64,000 bases of DNA from Sphyrna mokarran. Its lineage: Eukaryota. The translations under genes were made by a program, and so were the position numbers. Below the pieces are notes generated by a model. That model was not told the DNA's origin. It made no database searches and was given only the letters and a program-made list of their open reading frames with translations. This document shows, in pieces, positions 12,671 to 25,329 of the stretch. The stretch lies in contig JAGIQG010000015.1 in NCBI GenBank assembly GCA_024679065.1, forward strand, positions 45,632,001 to 45,696,000. The letters are read 5' to 3'. Positions within the stretch are counted from its first letter, which is position 1. The number at the start of each line of letters is the position of its first letter.

Positions 12671-13750
12671 TATATAGTAGTTAAATCATAATGAAACATT
12701 TCAAGGCACTTCACAGAGGCATTACAAAACAAAATTTGACGTGGTGACATAATGGCTTGCACTGCTGCCTCGCAATGCCAGGGACCCAGGTTCAATTCTG
12801 CCTTTGGGAAATAGTGTGTGGTTTGCATGTTCTTCCTGCATTTGTGTGGATTTCCTCCAGGTGTTCTGGTTTCTTCCCACAGTCTAAAGATGTGCATGTT
12901 AGGTTGATTGGCCATGCTAAATTGCCTCTTAGTGTCGGGGGACTAGCAAGGTTAAAAATGTGGGGTTGCAGAGATGGGACCAGGGTGGAATTGTTGTTGG
13001 TGCAGGCCTGTTTGGGCTGAATGGCCTCCCTTCTATAAGGATTCTATGATTCTATGAAAATATGACATTGAACCACACCAGTAAATACTATGGCAGGTGA
13101 CCAAAAGTTTGATTAAAGGTTTTAATAAGGTTTAAGACATGTTAGAGGAGGAAAACAAAATAGCCATGGAATATTTAGGATTAGGACAGAGAGGCCAGTC
13201 CAGAGCTTAGGAGCAGTAGACAGCTGAAGGCAAGGTTGCCAGTGATGGAGAGATTAAAATATGGCTGGATAGGAAGCCAGAATTAGAAGAACACAGAGGT
13301 TTCAGATGATGGTAAGACAGCAGGAGATTTCAGAGATAAGATGGTCCCCGACCATGATGAGAATTTTGTAATTAACACATTGCTCGAATGTAGGTCAGTG
13401 AGCTCAGGAGTGTGTGTGAATGAGATCTGGTGCAATCTGGAGCATAGGCAGCAGAGCTTTGGCAAGCCTCAAGTTTACAGAAAGTTGAATAAGAGAAGAT
13501 GGCCAGAAATATATCTTAATGGCCATGCAAGAAGGCAACAAAGATACAGCTGAGCCTTTCAGCAACAGAAGAGCTAAAACAAGTGGGTGGAAATGGACAA
13601 CATTATAAAGTTTCAGCAGCAGCAATCTCAGAGTCAAAATAACACACAGAGGTTTCAAACTGGCTGGTTCAACCTCAGACAGGTGCTGAGCAGGGTTATA
13701 GAAGCATTGGCAAGGGAGCAGAATTTCTGCTGAATATTGATTTGAATCTT
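12671..13750 (-). mobile_element. L2 LINE 3' remnant, split by HE1
   Basis: TATATAG..CAAGGCACTTCACAG L2-type end; the sequence continues across the SINE TSD. Confidence 0.7.
12741..13056 (+). mobile_element. HE1 V-SINE with 10-bp TSD
   Basis: Head, core and ATTCTATG-repeat tail; flanked by AAAATTTGAC (12731) and AAAATATGAC (13057). Confidence 0.9.
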
Positions 13751-14049
13751 CCGACGAGCGTTGGAACCAATGCAGACTAGTTCGATGCAGGCTAGTCAGG
13801 ACACTACATACTTACCTGGTTATGGTTCAAAGGGCCCAAGTTCTGATGTAGCATTCTGAAGACACCCCTCAGTGCAGGAATCCACACAGAACCTCGCAAA
13901 GAGAATCAGTGCAGAGGATACACCCCCAGTTTATGGCACTAACTTTCATATGGTCTAGTGAATGAATCAATCAGTGGGCAAAGTAGTTACGTGTATGAGG
14001 TAAGTAGTTGGCTTGGAGGCTGTCAGATCTGCGAGTCGATTTGGTCGAT

Positions 14050-14490
14050 TCACGTTGGGTATGGTAGTTGGGTGATCAGGGGTTTATTAAGTGATCGGGT
14101 TAGTGCTTGAGGGGTTGGGGTCATTCAGGATGATAGTCAGGTGGTAGTCAGGTTTGGTCAATGGTGTAATCAGGTTTTAGGGGAGGATGAGGAGAGTGTA
14201 ATTGGATGCTTGAGGGTAGTCGGGTGGCCTGGGGTAATAGAGTCCGGTTGGCGGTGTAGTTGGCTTGTTGAGGGATAGTTGAGTGCTTGAGAGGCAGTTG
14301 GTCAGTGATGGGTGGGAATGTGTTCAAATGGGGAGTAATCAAGTTAGATCATTATACTCAGGTGATCAGTGGGGCGGTTCAGTGGTGGGTGAATCATAAG
14401 GTGGTCACGGGTAGTTGGGGAGTCAGGAGGTAATCTGGGAGTTGGGAGAGTAGTTGTGGGTTGAGGAGAAGATTAGGAGTTGATTTCTAA
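14050..14490 (+). repeat. G/T-rich degenerate repeat (GGTAGTYGGG-like)
   Basis: Recurrent GGTAGTTGGG, GGTAGTC and GGTGATCAG words with strong G skew. Confidence 0.6.
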
Positions 14491-14938
14491 TTACCTACAT
14501 GTCACCCAGTTTTAATGTAAGTATCATTTCATGGGTAACTATCCAGGTAAGTACTATAGATCCCTTGAAGGTTTCTGGCTCTATCTCTGTTATGGCGGAT
14601 CCTGGGGACATAAAGGAATTTTTCTATCAGAAGTTCAAACTTCCTGGACAGTTTCAATGTAGGTCAACATGTGAGAACCTCGGCAGGGTTTTGATGAACA
14701 TCTTCCCTTGCAGTCTCAGGAGGGTAACATCTACCCCTTTACCTCCCCCCTCCTCATCATCCAAAGCCAGAAACATTCCTTCCAGTTGAAGCAGTAATTT
14801 ACATGCACTTATTTCAATTTAGTCTGCTGTTTTTGCTGCTCTCAGTTTGATGTCCTTCACATTGGGTAGGCTGGGTGACCACTCTGCGGAACAGCTTTAC
14901 TCAGTCTACAAGTATGGCCCTAACCTTCTTGTAGCTTG

Positions 14939-15324
14939 ATGTGGAGATGCCGGTGTTGGACTGGGGTAAACACAGTAAGAAGTCTCACAATACCAGGTTA
15001 AAGTTCAACAGGTTTATTTGGTAACAAACACCACTAGCTTTCAGGTCTCTGCTCCTTCATCAGGTGAGTGGGGAGTTCTGATCACAAACAGGGCATATAA
15101 AGGTACACACTCCGTTTACAGAATACTGATTAGATTGTGAGTCTTAGCTGCGAAAACTTGCATTCTAATCAGTATTCTGTAAACTGAGTGTGTGCCTTTA
15201 TATGCCCTGTTTGTGATCAGAACTCCCCACTCACCGGACAAAGGGACAGAGCCCCGAAACCTCGTGGCATTTGCTACCTAATAAACCTGTTGGACTTTAA
15301 CCTGATTTTGTAAGACTTCTTACT
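14939..15324 (-). mobile_element. Penelope-derived fold-back element (inverted pLTR pair plus tail)
   Basis: Arms 14974-~15137 and ~15160-15324 are reverse complements; 35-nt tail on one side only; TSD TCTTGT(A/C)GCTTG at 14927-14938 and 15325-15336. Confidence 0.9.
15032..15066 (-). ncRNA. Minimal type I hammerhead ribozyme motif
   Basis: Minus strand reads CAC-CTGATGA-AGG(agcagaga)CCT-GAAA-GC-TA-GTG: intact core, stem I CAC/GTG, palindromic AGCT stem III. Confidence 0.7.
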
Positions 15325-16833
15325 TCTTGTCGCTTGCCATTTCAATTCACTAACTTGCTCCCATGCACACATTTACATCTTCCGCCTGTCGCAATGTTCC
15401 AGTGAAGCCCAACGCAAACTGAAAGAACAGCACTTCATCTTTTGATCAGACACTTTTCAGCCTTCTGGGCTCAACATTGAGTTTGACAATTTCTTATCAG
15501 GAACTCTATCCTCCATCTTGATATTTCTTCTTCTCTACTTAAAAATACAAACAGATTGGTGAGACTTTCTAGAAGCTCTTTTGAGATTTTCAGATAACCC
15601 TTGCTTCATCATAGTTGTTGTACAATATATTTCTAATGCTTCTCTTTAGCAACTCGCCTCTAACACAAAGTCAAACTAATGAGTCTGTGATTTCCTAGTT
15701 ACGACCTATTGCCCATCTTAAATATTAGCTCTATATGGGCCTATCTCCATTCTGTGACAGGAGCAATAATGTTTCTGGATTATAATTTTCCCTGATTGAT
15801 CTCCTGCTGTGCTTTCCATTAACTTCATGAAATGAAGTATTTGAGTGAACATTGAACAGTATTCTTAATGTGATTAAGTATGAGAACTGATTAAAAATCT
15901 GTGCACTTACATAAATCTAAATATGTACCAGTTGTTGTATTACCTGATGTAATAGAAGTTGTATAATAAGAATTCTTAGGATGGTTATCCATTTGAAGTA
16001 AAATTCACTATTTGAATTTAAAACAAATGTATATGTTAAGAACCAGTTGTAAACATTGTTATTTTTTCATCATCCTTCTTTATTTAATTATTTGCCTTAA
16101 CTTAAGTAATCTTCCTGTTCAAACTGGTGTTTCTCTTGTCTGGACACATACAACTTGTTATTCTTTTCCCACTACGCCTGATCTGATATTTCATTCCTTC
16201 ATCTCCTTCCAGTCACTAGATTAAATGAGTTTCAGTTTAAATGAGTACTCAACCTCACACCCCATGTGGTTGGAGCTGGCACTCACTTTAAATTGATACT
16301 TCACTCCATCCGTGCTGAATTCAGGTTAGTAAATTTTCATTTCCCACTTCACCTCAAACATATTCGCTACGCAAATCCTATCTGCTAGTTCAAGCTGGCA
16401 GTGCTTCCATCCCCCTGTCCCATTGGATTTGTACACTATCCCCTCCCCGCTGTCACATACTACAAGCTGAAATTCATTTTGCCTCTCTGTTCATTGTGGT
16501 AGACTTAAAGTCACGCTCAAAGTAACTGTGTGCTCACCACCCCCATTCAAACCACACCAAAAGAATCACTTTCAACATCTTTTGCTGCACACTTTTCCCT
16601 CCTAAGATCGAGGCTTTTCCAACTCTTTTCAGTGTTAATTATAATCTACCCCACACCACCACATAGGCCCATCTCTTTAATATATATTCATTTCATTCTA
16701 TCCCCTTTTTACTTTCTGCTTTCTTCCCTTCATTTCCTCCCATTTCCCAATTTTCCCTCTTTCTTCAGTGTCACTCCTGTTGCTTTCTCTTTGGATGGAA
16801 GTGATTACGGCTGCAATGTAATAATTCTACTCT

Positions 16834-17159
16834 TAGAATCATAGAATCCCTACAGTCCAAAAGGAGACCATTCAACCCATTGAGTCTGCATCAACCACAA
16901 TCTCACCCAGGCCCTATTCTGCAACTGCAAGCATTTATCATGCTAATCCCTCTGATGCTAGGGTCAATTTATCATGGCCAATCAATCTAACCTGCATATC
17001 TTTGGACTGTGGGTGGAAACCAGAGCACCCAGAGGAAACCCACATAGACATGGGCAGAATGTTGCAAACTCCACACAGATACTGACCCAAGGCTGGGATA
17101 CAACATGGGACTCTGGCACTGTGAGGCACCAGGATAACCACTGTGCCATTGAGCTGCCC
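16834..17159 (-). mobile_element. HE1 V-SINE
   Basis: Full head, core and tail on the minus strand. Confidence 0.9.
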
Positions 17160-17714
17160 AAGTCTTGCAAGCGATCCTCAATATAAAATTAGAACAGTAG
17201 GTAAACTGGGGTAAATTGGGATTAATAACAGTTGCAGTAAGCAATAACTCCTGAATTTTGATTTCAACACCATTAGACTCTCTTCAGTGTTTGTCCCAGC
17301 ACATTCACACATTCAGGTCAGGGACCCTCTCCACTTCTGGACACCATAGACTGCAGTGGGACTATGAGGCATGTGCTGCTCAGATGGTGCCCTTGCCAGA
17401 CAGGCAAATATTCCCTCTGCCATTCAAGGAGGTGAAAGTGGGCAGTTGAGGTCAATCCTTCATTCATTTCTGGCAATGCATGGATGTCCTCTATGGGAGG
17501 CTGTGGACACTTACTTCCTGATGACTACTTCCTAAGCAGAGTAGGTCACACAGCCCACCCACCTTCTTCCACCATCAGGGGACAGGAGGCCCCTCCTGTT
17601 CTCATTACATTGAGAAAAAGGTTTTTGAATCTGGGGGTTGTAGATCCCTGAGATTGACCAGGCTATCTGCTCCTTCCATGATGGGTTCACGCCATAGAAG
17701 TTGAATTTTTTTAA

Positions 17715-18075
17715 ATTCATTTATGAGACATGGGCATCACAGACTGATTAGCATTTATTGTCCATTTCTAGTTCCCTGAGAGCAATTGAGAGTCAACCAC
17801 ATCACTGAGGCTCTGGAAGTTAAGGGTTAAGGGCATGTAGGCCAGACCAGGTAAGAACAGTAGATTTCCTTCCCTAAAGGATGTTAGGGGACCAAAAGGA
17901 TTTTTTCAACAATCTACAATGGTTTCATGGTCATCAGTAGATTCTTAATTGCAGGTTTTATTTATTGAATTCAGATTCCAGCATCTGATATGGTAGGATT
18001 TGAACCCTTGTCCCCAGTACACCAGCTGAGTTTCTGGATTAATAGTCAAGCAATAATATCACAGGCCAACAGCTT
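17715..18075 (-). mobile_element. Deu-domain SINE (SacSINE1-like)
   Basis: GAGAGTCAACCACAT..CATGTAGGCCAGACCAGGTAAG..AGATTTCCTTCCCTAAAGGA is the Deu core in reverse; tRNA head GGATTTGAACCC. Confidence 0.8.
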
Positions 18076-18779
18076 CCATATATCCAGGATATGATGTGTG
18101 GAAATAACACCATCCAGTCTACCCCACCACATAATACATTGGGATACTCTCGGCTGCATAATAAAACAGACCAGCATTGGACATTACGGCACAAATTCTC
18201 ACTGGACACCATGGCGGGAAGCACTCCAAGATCCTACCCCCACCATGTGATTTGGGCATGGAATTTAAAATCCCAGGCTTTTTCCTTCTCTCTGACCTGA
18301 AAGTCTTGGCAGTAACAATAAAAGCCACAGACCTTTATAACTGTTATGTTTGCTCTTTGAAAGTCTCCCAATTAAAGTTAAGAGGACTTGGTTGTGAAAG
18401 CATTTTATTTTTTTAATACCCTCAGCATTGCTGCAATGAGTTCATGCCACTAATATAATAATTTTCAAATTGTTCAGTTTCAAGTCCTGTGGCAGTAAAA
18501 GAAACATTTAAATATAATTAAATTGACTGAAAATGCCTCAACTGGCACCTTCATGTTCTCAACTCCAGGTTAATTGTGTGCCTGTCATTCATTTTGATCA
18601 GAGTAATTTAAAATAATATTGAAATCTGGATGAAATAGTGGAGGTTTTGATGGGAATTACTGGGAGTTTGAATCAAATGGATGATGTCCTTGAGAGGGAG
18701 GAATGATATTGTTTTCGTGTTAGAAGGCTGCTAATAGTGGCATTTACTGAGAGCAGATAAGGTTACAGAGGCAGAGGGG

Positions 18780-20370
18780 GAGGATGGGGAAGGGATAGTG
18801 TCAATCCCATCAGATAGCCTATGGGAATCCCGATGCTCTGCTAAATGGAGTGCCAACCGCAGATCAGGATTCCTGACAAGCGTGAGGGTGATTGGGATTC
18901 AGCCAACCTGTCTGCCCTGATTAGGTTCCCATCCAGAGTGGGCAGTAACCCCATTATTATGCAAACCCACTAATAGGAATACAATTCATTCAGTGGCCTC
19001 CCGCCTCCTCAGCAGGAACTGCCCTAGCTGGGCTTTGGACCTGGCAAGCTGGATCCTGAGGAGGTTCAAGTGACTAAGTTGTGTACAAAAGAGAAAGCAA
19101 AACCACTTAACCCTTTTGAAGAAACCACAACTGTCAATCACATTTAAAATCTTAAGTAAATATTGTGGTTAGGAACAATGAAAGTACTTCAGATCATTCA
19201 AGTGTGAAAGGAAAGGTAAATGAACGTATCTGACTGAAGGCTGAGCAAAAACCATGGAGCTGTCAATCAAAGCCCATTTCAAAGCTCCACAATTGAAAGA
19301 GGTCAAAGGTTTTTCAATTGAATAGAGATGGTTGCAAAGGTTTCTGCTTTCTAGAAAGGTTCAGCGACCTCAAATAAAAACTAAGTAAATACGTTGGGGC
19401 TGAGTGAACAGCTGTCAAGAAGAGTTTCCTCCTTCACCCTCAGTGAAATTGACATTTCCGTTCTGTCAGAGGACTTCAAAGGGGTCTGTTCACAACTGTA
19501 ACTTATGGCAGAGAGAAAGGAAAATTCCAGCTGCAGATTGGAATGCTGCAGCGATTTAAATTCCTGCCAGCTGTCCAAGAGGTAAAGGGATTAAAGTAAT
19601 TTGGCCACTTCAAAGTTTTCACAGCTGACAAGAAGGAATGAAGATGTTGATCACAGGACTATCTGAAATCATCATTCCAGGGGTGATCTTCAGATTTGCC
19701 ATGGTTACAAGGGGCAGTCCAGCCATTGAGACCCCCATCCTGAAAAAGAGGGACAACATCAACACCTTTCACTAGCCTGAGCCTATCCAAACACCCAGAC
19801 ACTGGCAGTGCAGAGGGCACATTGGCAGTGGCCTTACTAACTTGAACCTCCTCAGGGTCCAAGGCACTAGGCCAGGTTGTCAGTGCCAATGTGCCAAGGG
19901 AAATGCAATGTTGGTTTTGCTAAAGTGCATGGCCTAAAGGGAGGTTGAGTGAGAGTCTGAGAGGGAAGGAGCTCAGTGTGGCTCTGAGTGGGGATGGGGC
20001 CCAAGGAGAGAGTTGGGTTACACTTATGCCTATGTGATGTGTGGTGGAGGTGGCATTAACCTGTTATTTGAATGGTGGGGGGAGGATACCCCTCTTTGCT
20101 GAGGGGTTGGTGGTGATTCCCTGGTCAGCAACAAGTGTCTACTCTTTGCGTTTTGGTGTAGATGGAGAATACGGAGATCAGAGCAAACTTTAAAAATGGT
20201 GTCCCAATTTATGAACAGCAGGGGCTGGATGACATGGATCACAGGATGTATAAATTTACATCCATCAGGTTGGTGAATCCCACCTGTCAGAAGCTTCCAG
20301 CGCCAGTGTAAAACCCTTCGTTTTTCATGCCAGCAGAGCACTTAGGATAAAAATGGATGAATTGCGGCCT
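18780..20370. mobile_element. Probable non-autonomous DNA transposon (Harbinger-like)
   Basis: Ends GAATTGCGGCC, resembling other TIR ends in the window; internal 21-bp inverted repeat; left boundary uncertain. Confidence 0.35.
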
Positions 20371-20629
20371 ACTTTTGAAGTGTTGACAAAGTTCAGACCT
20401 GGTGTTGATGAATTACCTGGAACCAGAAGACCACTCCAACAGCAAAAAATGATTGCCAAACTAAAATTGACTTTATAGATGAACGATTAACCCAAAATAA
20501 GAAACTTGATGATGATGTGGAAGCCCCACATAGCATTGAATACTCTAGTGAGTTATATAGAGCACATGTTGAATCAACCATATTGAGAAACAAGAGGTTG
20601 GTATACTTGTAGACAATTTTACCCCTTGA

Positions 20630-21710
20630 GTTTGTTCCATCAGCCAATAAGATCATGATTGATCAGAGAACTAACTTTCAACACCTTTCTTTCTTTGCCC
20701 CATATGCCTGGATACCTTTGGTTAACTTGGTCATTGAATTATAGGAGACATTATCAGATAGGCTGAAGCCATTTAGCCCATCAACCTCAGATTTAAAAGC
20801 AACAATTCATCTACTATCCATTATTGTTTGTAGAAGAGAATTTCAAACTTCTACCAACCTTTGTAAGTGGAAGATTTCATTTCTGAAAGATTTGGCTCTT
20901 AGAAGGTCAGGAAAAGGACTAGTTAACTGAACCTGCTGTGCCATTCAACACAGTCGTGGCTGATCTTGGGTTTCAACTCTGTTTTTCCACCATGTCCCAC
21001 ATCCATTGATTCCCCGAGAGACCAAACATATATCTATCCTAGGCTTAAATGTAATCAACGGTGGAATATTGTAACTCTCTAAGGTAGAGAATTCTCAAGA
21101 TTCACAACTTTTTGAGTGACTAATTTCTCTTCATCCTAAATAACCAATCCATTACCATGGGTTGCAGCCCCATGTTTTAGATTCTCCAACCGGTGGAAAT
21201 AATCTCTCAGCATTTACTCCATCAAGTCCCTTTAGAATTTTCTAGGTTTCAATGAAATCACCTTTTATTGTTCTTAAACTCCAGAGAATATAAACCATAT
21301 TTGTTCAAACTCACACAGGACAACCCTCAGGAGCCAGTTTAGTTAACATTCTTTCTTCTGCCTCCAATACAAGTGTATCCTTTTTGAAATATAGAGACCA
21401 AATTTTACACAATACTTCAGATGGGATCTCACCAAAATCCTGTGCAACTTTAATAAGACTTCTTTATTCTTGTGCTCTAATCTCCTTGCTATAAAGGCCA
21501 ACATGCCAATTTGCCTTCCTAATTGTTATAGCACCCGTATGCTGCCTGACTTTGTGCATTTTTTTTGTACAAACACACCCATGTCTCTTTAACATCAACA
21601 TTTACAAGTTTCTTATCTTTTAAAAAAAGTTGTTTCTCTATTCTTACGATCAAAGTTAATAACTTCACACTTTCCTTCATAATATTCCATCAGCCATCTT
21701 GCTCCATTCA
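20630..21710 (-). mobile_element. Old CR1 3' portions (at least two tails)
   Basis: GCCATTCAA..GGCTGATC tails and CAATACTTCAGATGG..CACCAA (LVR.HLKYC on the minus strand). Confidence 0.75.
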
Positions 21711-23244
21711 CTCGCCTGAACTGTCTGCATTGGCCTCACTCGAGCGAGATCGGAAAACCCCGCTTGAAGTCAATAGACATTTTGGTTGTCTGTCCCTCGT
21801 CGACTCCCCTTACTTTGTGGGCAGGGTGGTAAAGTTCCAGTGTACACCTCATTTACCTCTCTGGCCAGAATTTTCTGTTCCCATTCACTTTGGGTAAGTT
21901 CAGCAATGGAAGCAAAAAATATTGCAAGGAGTGAAAAGTAACCTTTTACATCAGCAAGGATGCTCGTTGTGCTTGTTCGCTCCCACCATCAGTGGCAAGC
22001 AGCCATTGAATGTCGGGAACCTTGTTTGAATACATTAGCATCTCATTATCAGGCATCTATGTCAAAAAATGGCGCAAAGAACGACTGGCTTCAAAAACCA
22101 CATGGCAACCAGACCTCCAAGGACCCTTCAGAGGTGAGCTCAAGGATCGCAGAGTGGCTCCATGTATTCAGATGTTTGACTCAGGAGGCAACAGACTTAA
22201 TTCCAAGGGGATTGGTGCTTGACTTGGGGTACAATAGAAACCGATGATATTGGAATTATCTCGGGGAACAATAGGCTGCGTGGGACCAGAGATCACCTTG
22301 GAGTACAACAGGCTTGATTCAAAGGTACCAAAGTTCAACTCGAGCAGTGACCTGTGTTTAGCTGAAAGGTCGACTGAGGTATCACTGCGAGTGAGACCAG
22401 AATTGGCAAACTGTCTTGACCCCCTTGGAAAATGGCACAGTTGCGCAATGCAGCTACATGGGACAGCGCAGCCCAAGTGGGAGAACTGGAAGGGAGACTG
22501 GAAGGGAGACCAGGATAAGACTCCAAGGAAGATTAGTGTAAAAATGCAAAGAAGAACAGAATTAGAGTCAAAGGGGACAGGGGTAAAGATTGAAGGGAGG
22601 CTGGGGTAAGGCTGAAAGATAATCTGGGATAAAATGGAAGGGAAGTTGGGTAATACTCAAAGTGTACGGAAGGGGTTTCATTGCTGGGTACTGTGGATTT
22701 GACTCCAGGGTAATTGAAGTGGTGGTTGATTCCAGATGACTGGGAAGTTCCATGGTGATGGGGATGGGATGTGAGTCAGGGAAGATAGGTGGGGTGGGAT
22801 GATGGGATTGATTGTCAAGTATGACATGTATTTTTCTTGAAGATGCTTTTAGCTGCAGGGACAAGAGTTTTTCAGGAAGACCTCGCAGAGGGAAGCAAAG
22901 TCCAGGAAACTGCAGTGAGGGGTTGAGGGGAGTCATCATGGACTGACATTTCCACCCAATCTTGGGGGGAGGGAGGGGTGGCTTACATGACACGTTGTCA
23001 AAGACAAAAATTAATTCAAAAATCTGTCAGCCATTAAAAATCTCACTGCAGCTCTATGTAAATTGTCATGGCCAGAATCAAACTAGTTATGCAATTATGC
23101 TCACTCAAGCTGCTCTTACATGTCTGAGTGCCACTGATTGCTGTTCAAGTGTTAAGCCTTTGGTACACTGACTTCCAAAATCAACGACTGCTATGATGTC
23201 CTTGTACCATTGACTGACTGGGTTTGCAGCCTTATTTCCCTAGA

Positions 23245-23345
23245 AGAAAAAACAGAAAATACTGGATAAACTCAGTAGGACTGGCAGCATCTGTAGAGAG
23301 AATCAAAATTAACATTTCAGGTCCAAATGACTTGTCTGCAGAGAG
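23245..23345 (-). mobile_element. Penelope-like pLTR fragment
   Basis: AACAGAAAATACTGGATAAACTCAG..GGCAGCATCTGTAGAGAG..TTAACATTTCAGGTC. Confidence 0.65.
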
Positions 23346-24542
23346 TTGACAATGGCACACTGCCGGAGGAGAGTGCTCCTAATCTTTGGCTATGTGCTGA
23401 AGTGAGTATTGACAAGAGGTCCCCATAGACATGGTTGAGGATAAGGTCTTGGAATGAAGTTTTGCACAATTCCTCTGCCTGAGATGAAAATTCAGGATGC
23501 AATAGAGTAGCTAAATCTGTGGTCATTCAGTTATGTGGTGTTGGGCAAAAATAGTGTGGGATTTTGACAAAGCAGAATGCAAAGGTAAAGACTCAAGTTC
23601 AATGTAGTGATGACTCTCCATTATCTTCATATGGCTTCTGTAAGCATTGCACTTCTGTCCGTCCGACTAATAGCAGCACATTCCCTGACAAGGTTCCGAT
23701 CATGGGACTGTAATAGGTTCTCATCATCCCTATATTCTGGGAGGATGATGATAAATTGAAGTGGGAACAATGCTTAGAATCTCAGAGCTTCTGTAAATGT
23801 CTGCCTCCTGTTTGGCTGATGGCAGCTTTCTTGCTCTCAGTCACTAGGGTCATACCATGGCCATGCCACAGGGAGAGTTTCACTTCTCCTGATCTTTGAC
23901 ATCTTTCCTGAAATACATCCCTGACATCCAGTGTCATTGGAGGTTAAAGCAGATGAGATTGGGGCATGGACAGACTTCAAAGGTGCAGAGAGCACACACA
24001 TTGTTATTGATTGGAATGGGTGACGCTAACCTTGTACATTGTGGGCGAAATCCCCAATCCAGATACAGGCATGACCAATGCGTTCACTCACAGAGAAAGG
24101 ACAACATCAATGTGCTGGGAACCTTGCACAAATCACAAGAAAGAAACTTTGCACTGAGCACTCTGCATTATTTTTGTACGGGAATCAAATTTTCACTTCA
24201 AAATTACAGAAACAAGCTCATCAGAACAATAAGTCATAGAAAAAGATGTAATTAGTAGAAGCTTATTTACAGAGGTGTATGTTATGTACAGATGCTTAAT
24301 ACTCATGCCCAACTAGTGCAACTAATCATGCCGCTAAGTCTTGGTGTATATCCAACATCCACGGCGAAGGTGGATGCAGCCTGCTATCTGCCATGTCCTG
24401 TTGTCCTTAATGAGATTGGTGGGTGTTCTCTGGAGGGCCAATACCTGGGATCTCCAACCTACTTCTGGGATTCTGCTGTGTGGCAGTGCCACCCCCCTTA
24501 ACCTATGGAGCTGAAGCTGAATCAATCACAGAGGGGTTGCGG

Positions 24543-25310
24543 ATAGAACATAGAACATAGAACATTACAGCGCAGTACAGGCCCTTCGGCCCTCGATGTT
24601 GCGCCGGCCAGTGGACCCTCTAACTTAAACTATTCCAATATCATCCATATGCCTATCCACCGAACATTTGAATGCCCTCAAAGTAGGCGAGTCCACAACT
24701 GCTGCAGGCAGGGCATTCCACGCCCTCACCACCCTCTGTGTGAAGAACCTGCCTCTGACATCCATCCTATAACTACCACCTCTTAATTTAAAGTTATGTC
24801 CTCTCATGTTGGTCATCACCATCCGAGGAAAAAGGCTCTCACTATCCACCCTATCCAGTCCTTTGATCATCTTACACGCCTCAATTAGGTCACCGCGTAA
24901 CCTTCTTCTCTCTAATGAAAATAACCTCAGGTCCCTCAGCCTTTCCTCATAAGGCCTTCCTACCATATCAGGCAACATCCTGGTAAACCTCCTCTGCACC
25001 CTTTCCAATGCTTCTTTCTTATAATGCGGCGACCAGAACTGTACGCAATACTCCAAGTGCGGCCGCACCAGAGTTTTGTACAGTTGTAACATAACCTCAC
25101 GGCTCCTAAATTCAATCCCTCTACCAATAAAAGCTAACACACCGTACGTCTTCTTAACAACTTTATCAACCTGGGTGCCAACTTTCAAAGAGCTATGTAC
25201 TTGTACCCCAAGATTCCTCTGCTTGACAACACTATTAAGGGTCCTTCCATTAGCCCTATATTTCATATGCCTGTTATTCCTACCAAAGTGAATCACCTCA
25301 CACTTATCCG
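24543..25310 (-). mobile_element. Young 5'-truncated CR1 (HER1-like)
   Basis: ORF 24625-25329 [30 protein letters not shown]; (ATAGAAC)n tail. Confidence 0.95.
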
Positions 25311-25329
25311 TGTGGAATGGGTGGGACAT

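Larger units (their letters stand above)
14778..15493 (+). mobile_element. Penelope-like element GIY-YIG endonuclease remnant, interrupted at 14939-15324
   Basis: Decayed FTC..NLV.C..CSQ...HIG..LGDH.AE.L.SV...LLVA/CHFNS...EAQRKLKEQHFIF...QPSGLNIEFDNF matches the PLE endonuclease C-terminus. Confidence 0.85.

Noticed and set aside
14939-15324. DNA-transposon MITE or pre-miRNA
   Set aside because: One-sided tail, 12-bp TSD, hammerhead motif and variable arm length fit a Penelope inverted pLTR.
20413-20611. Coding-looking frame (KIDFIDERLTQNKKLDDD...)
   Set aside because: No good splice acceptor and no recognisable homology.
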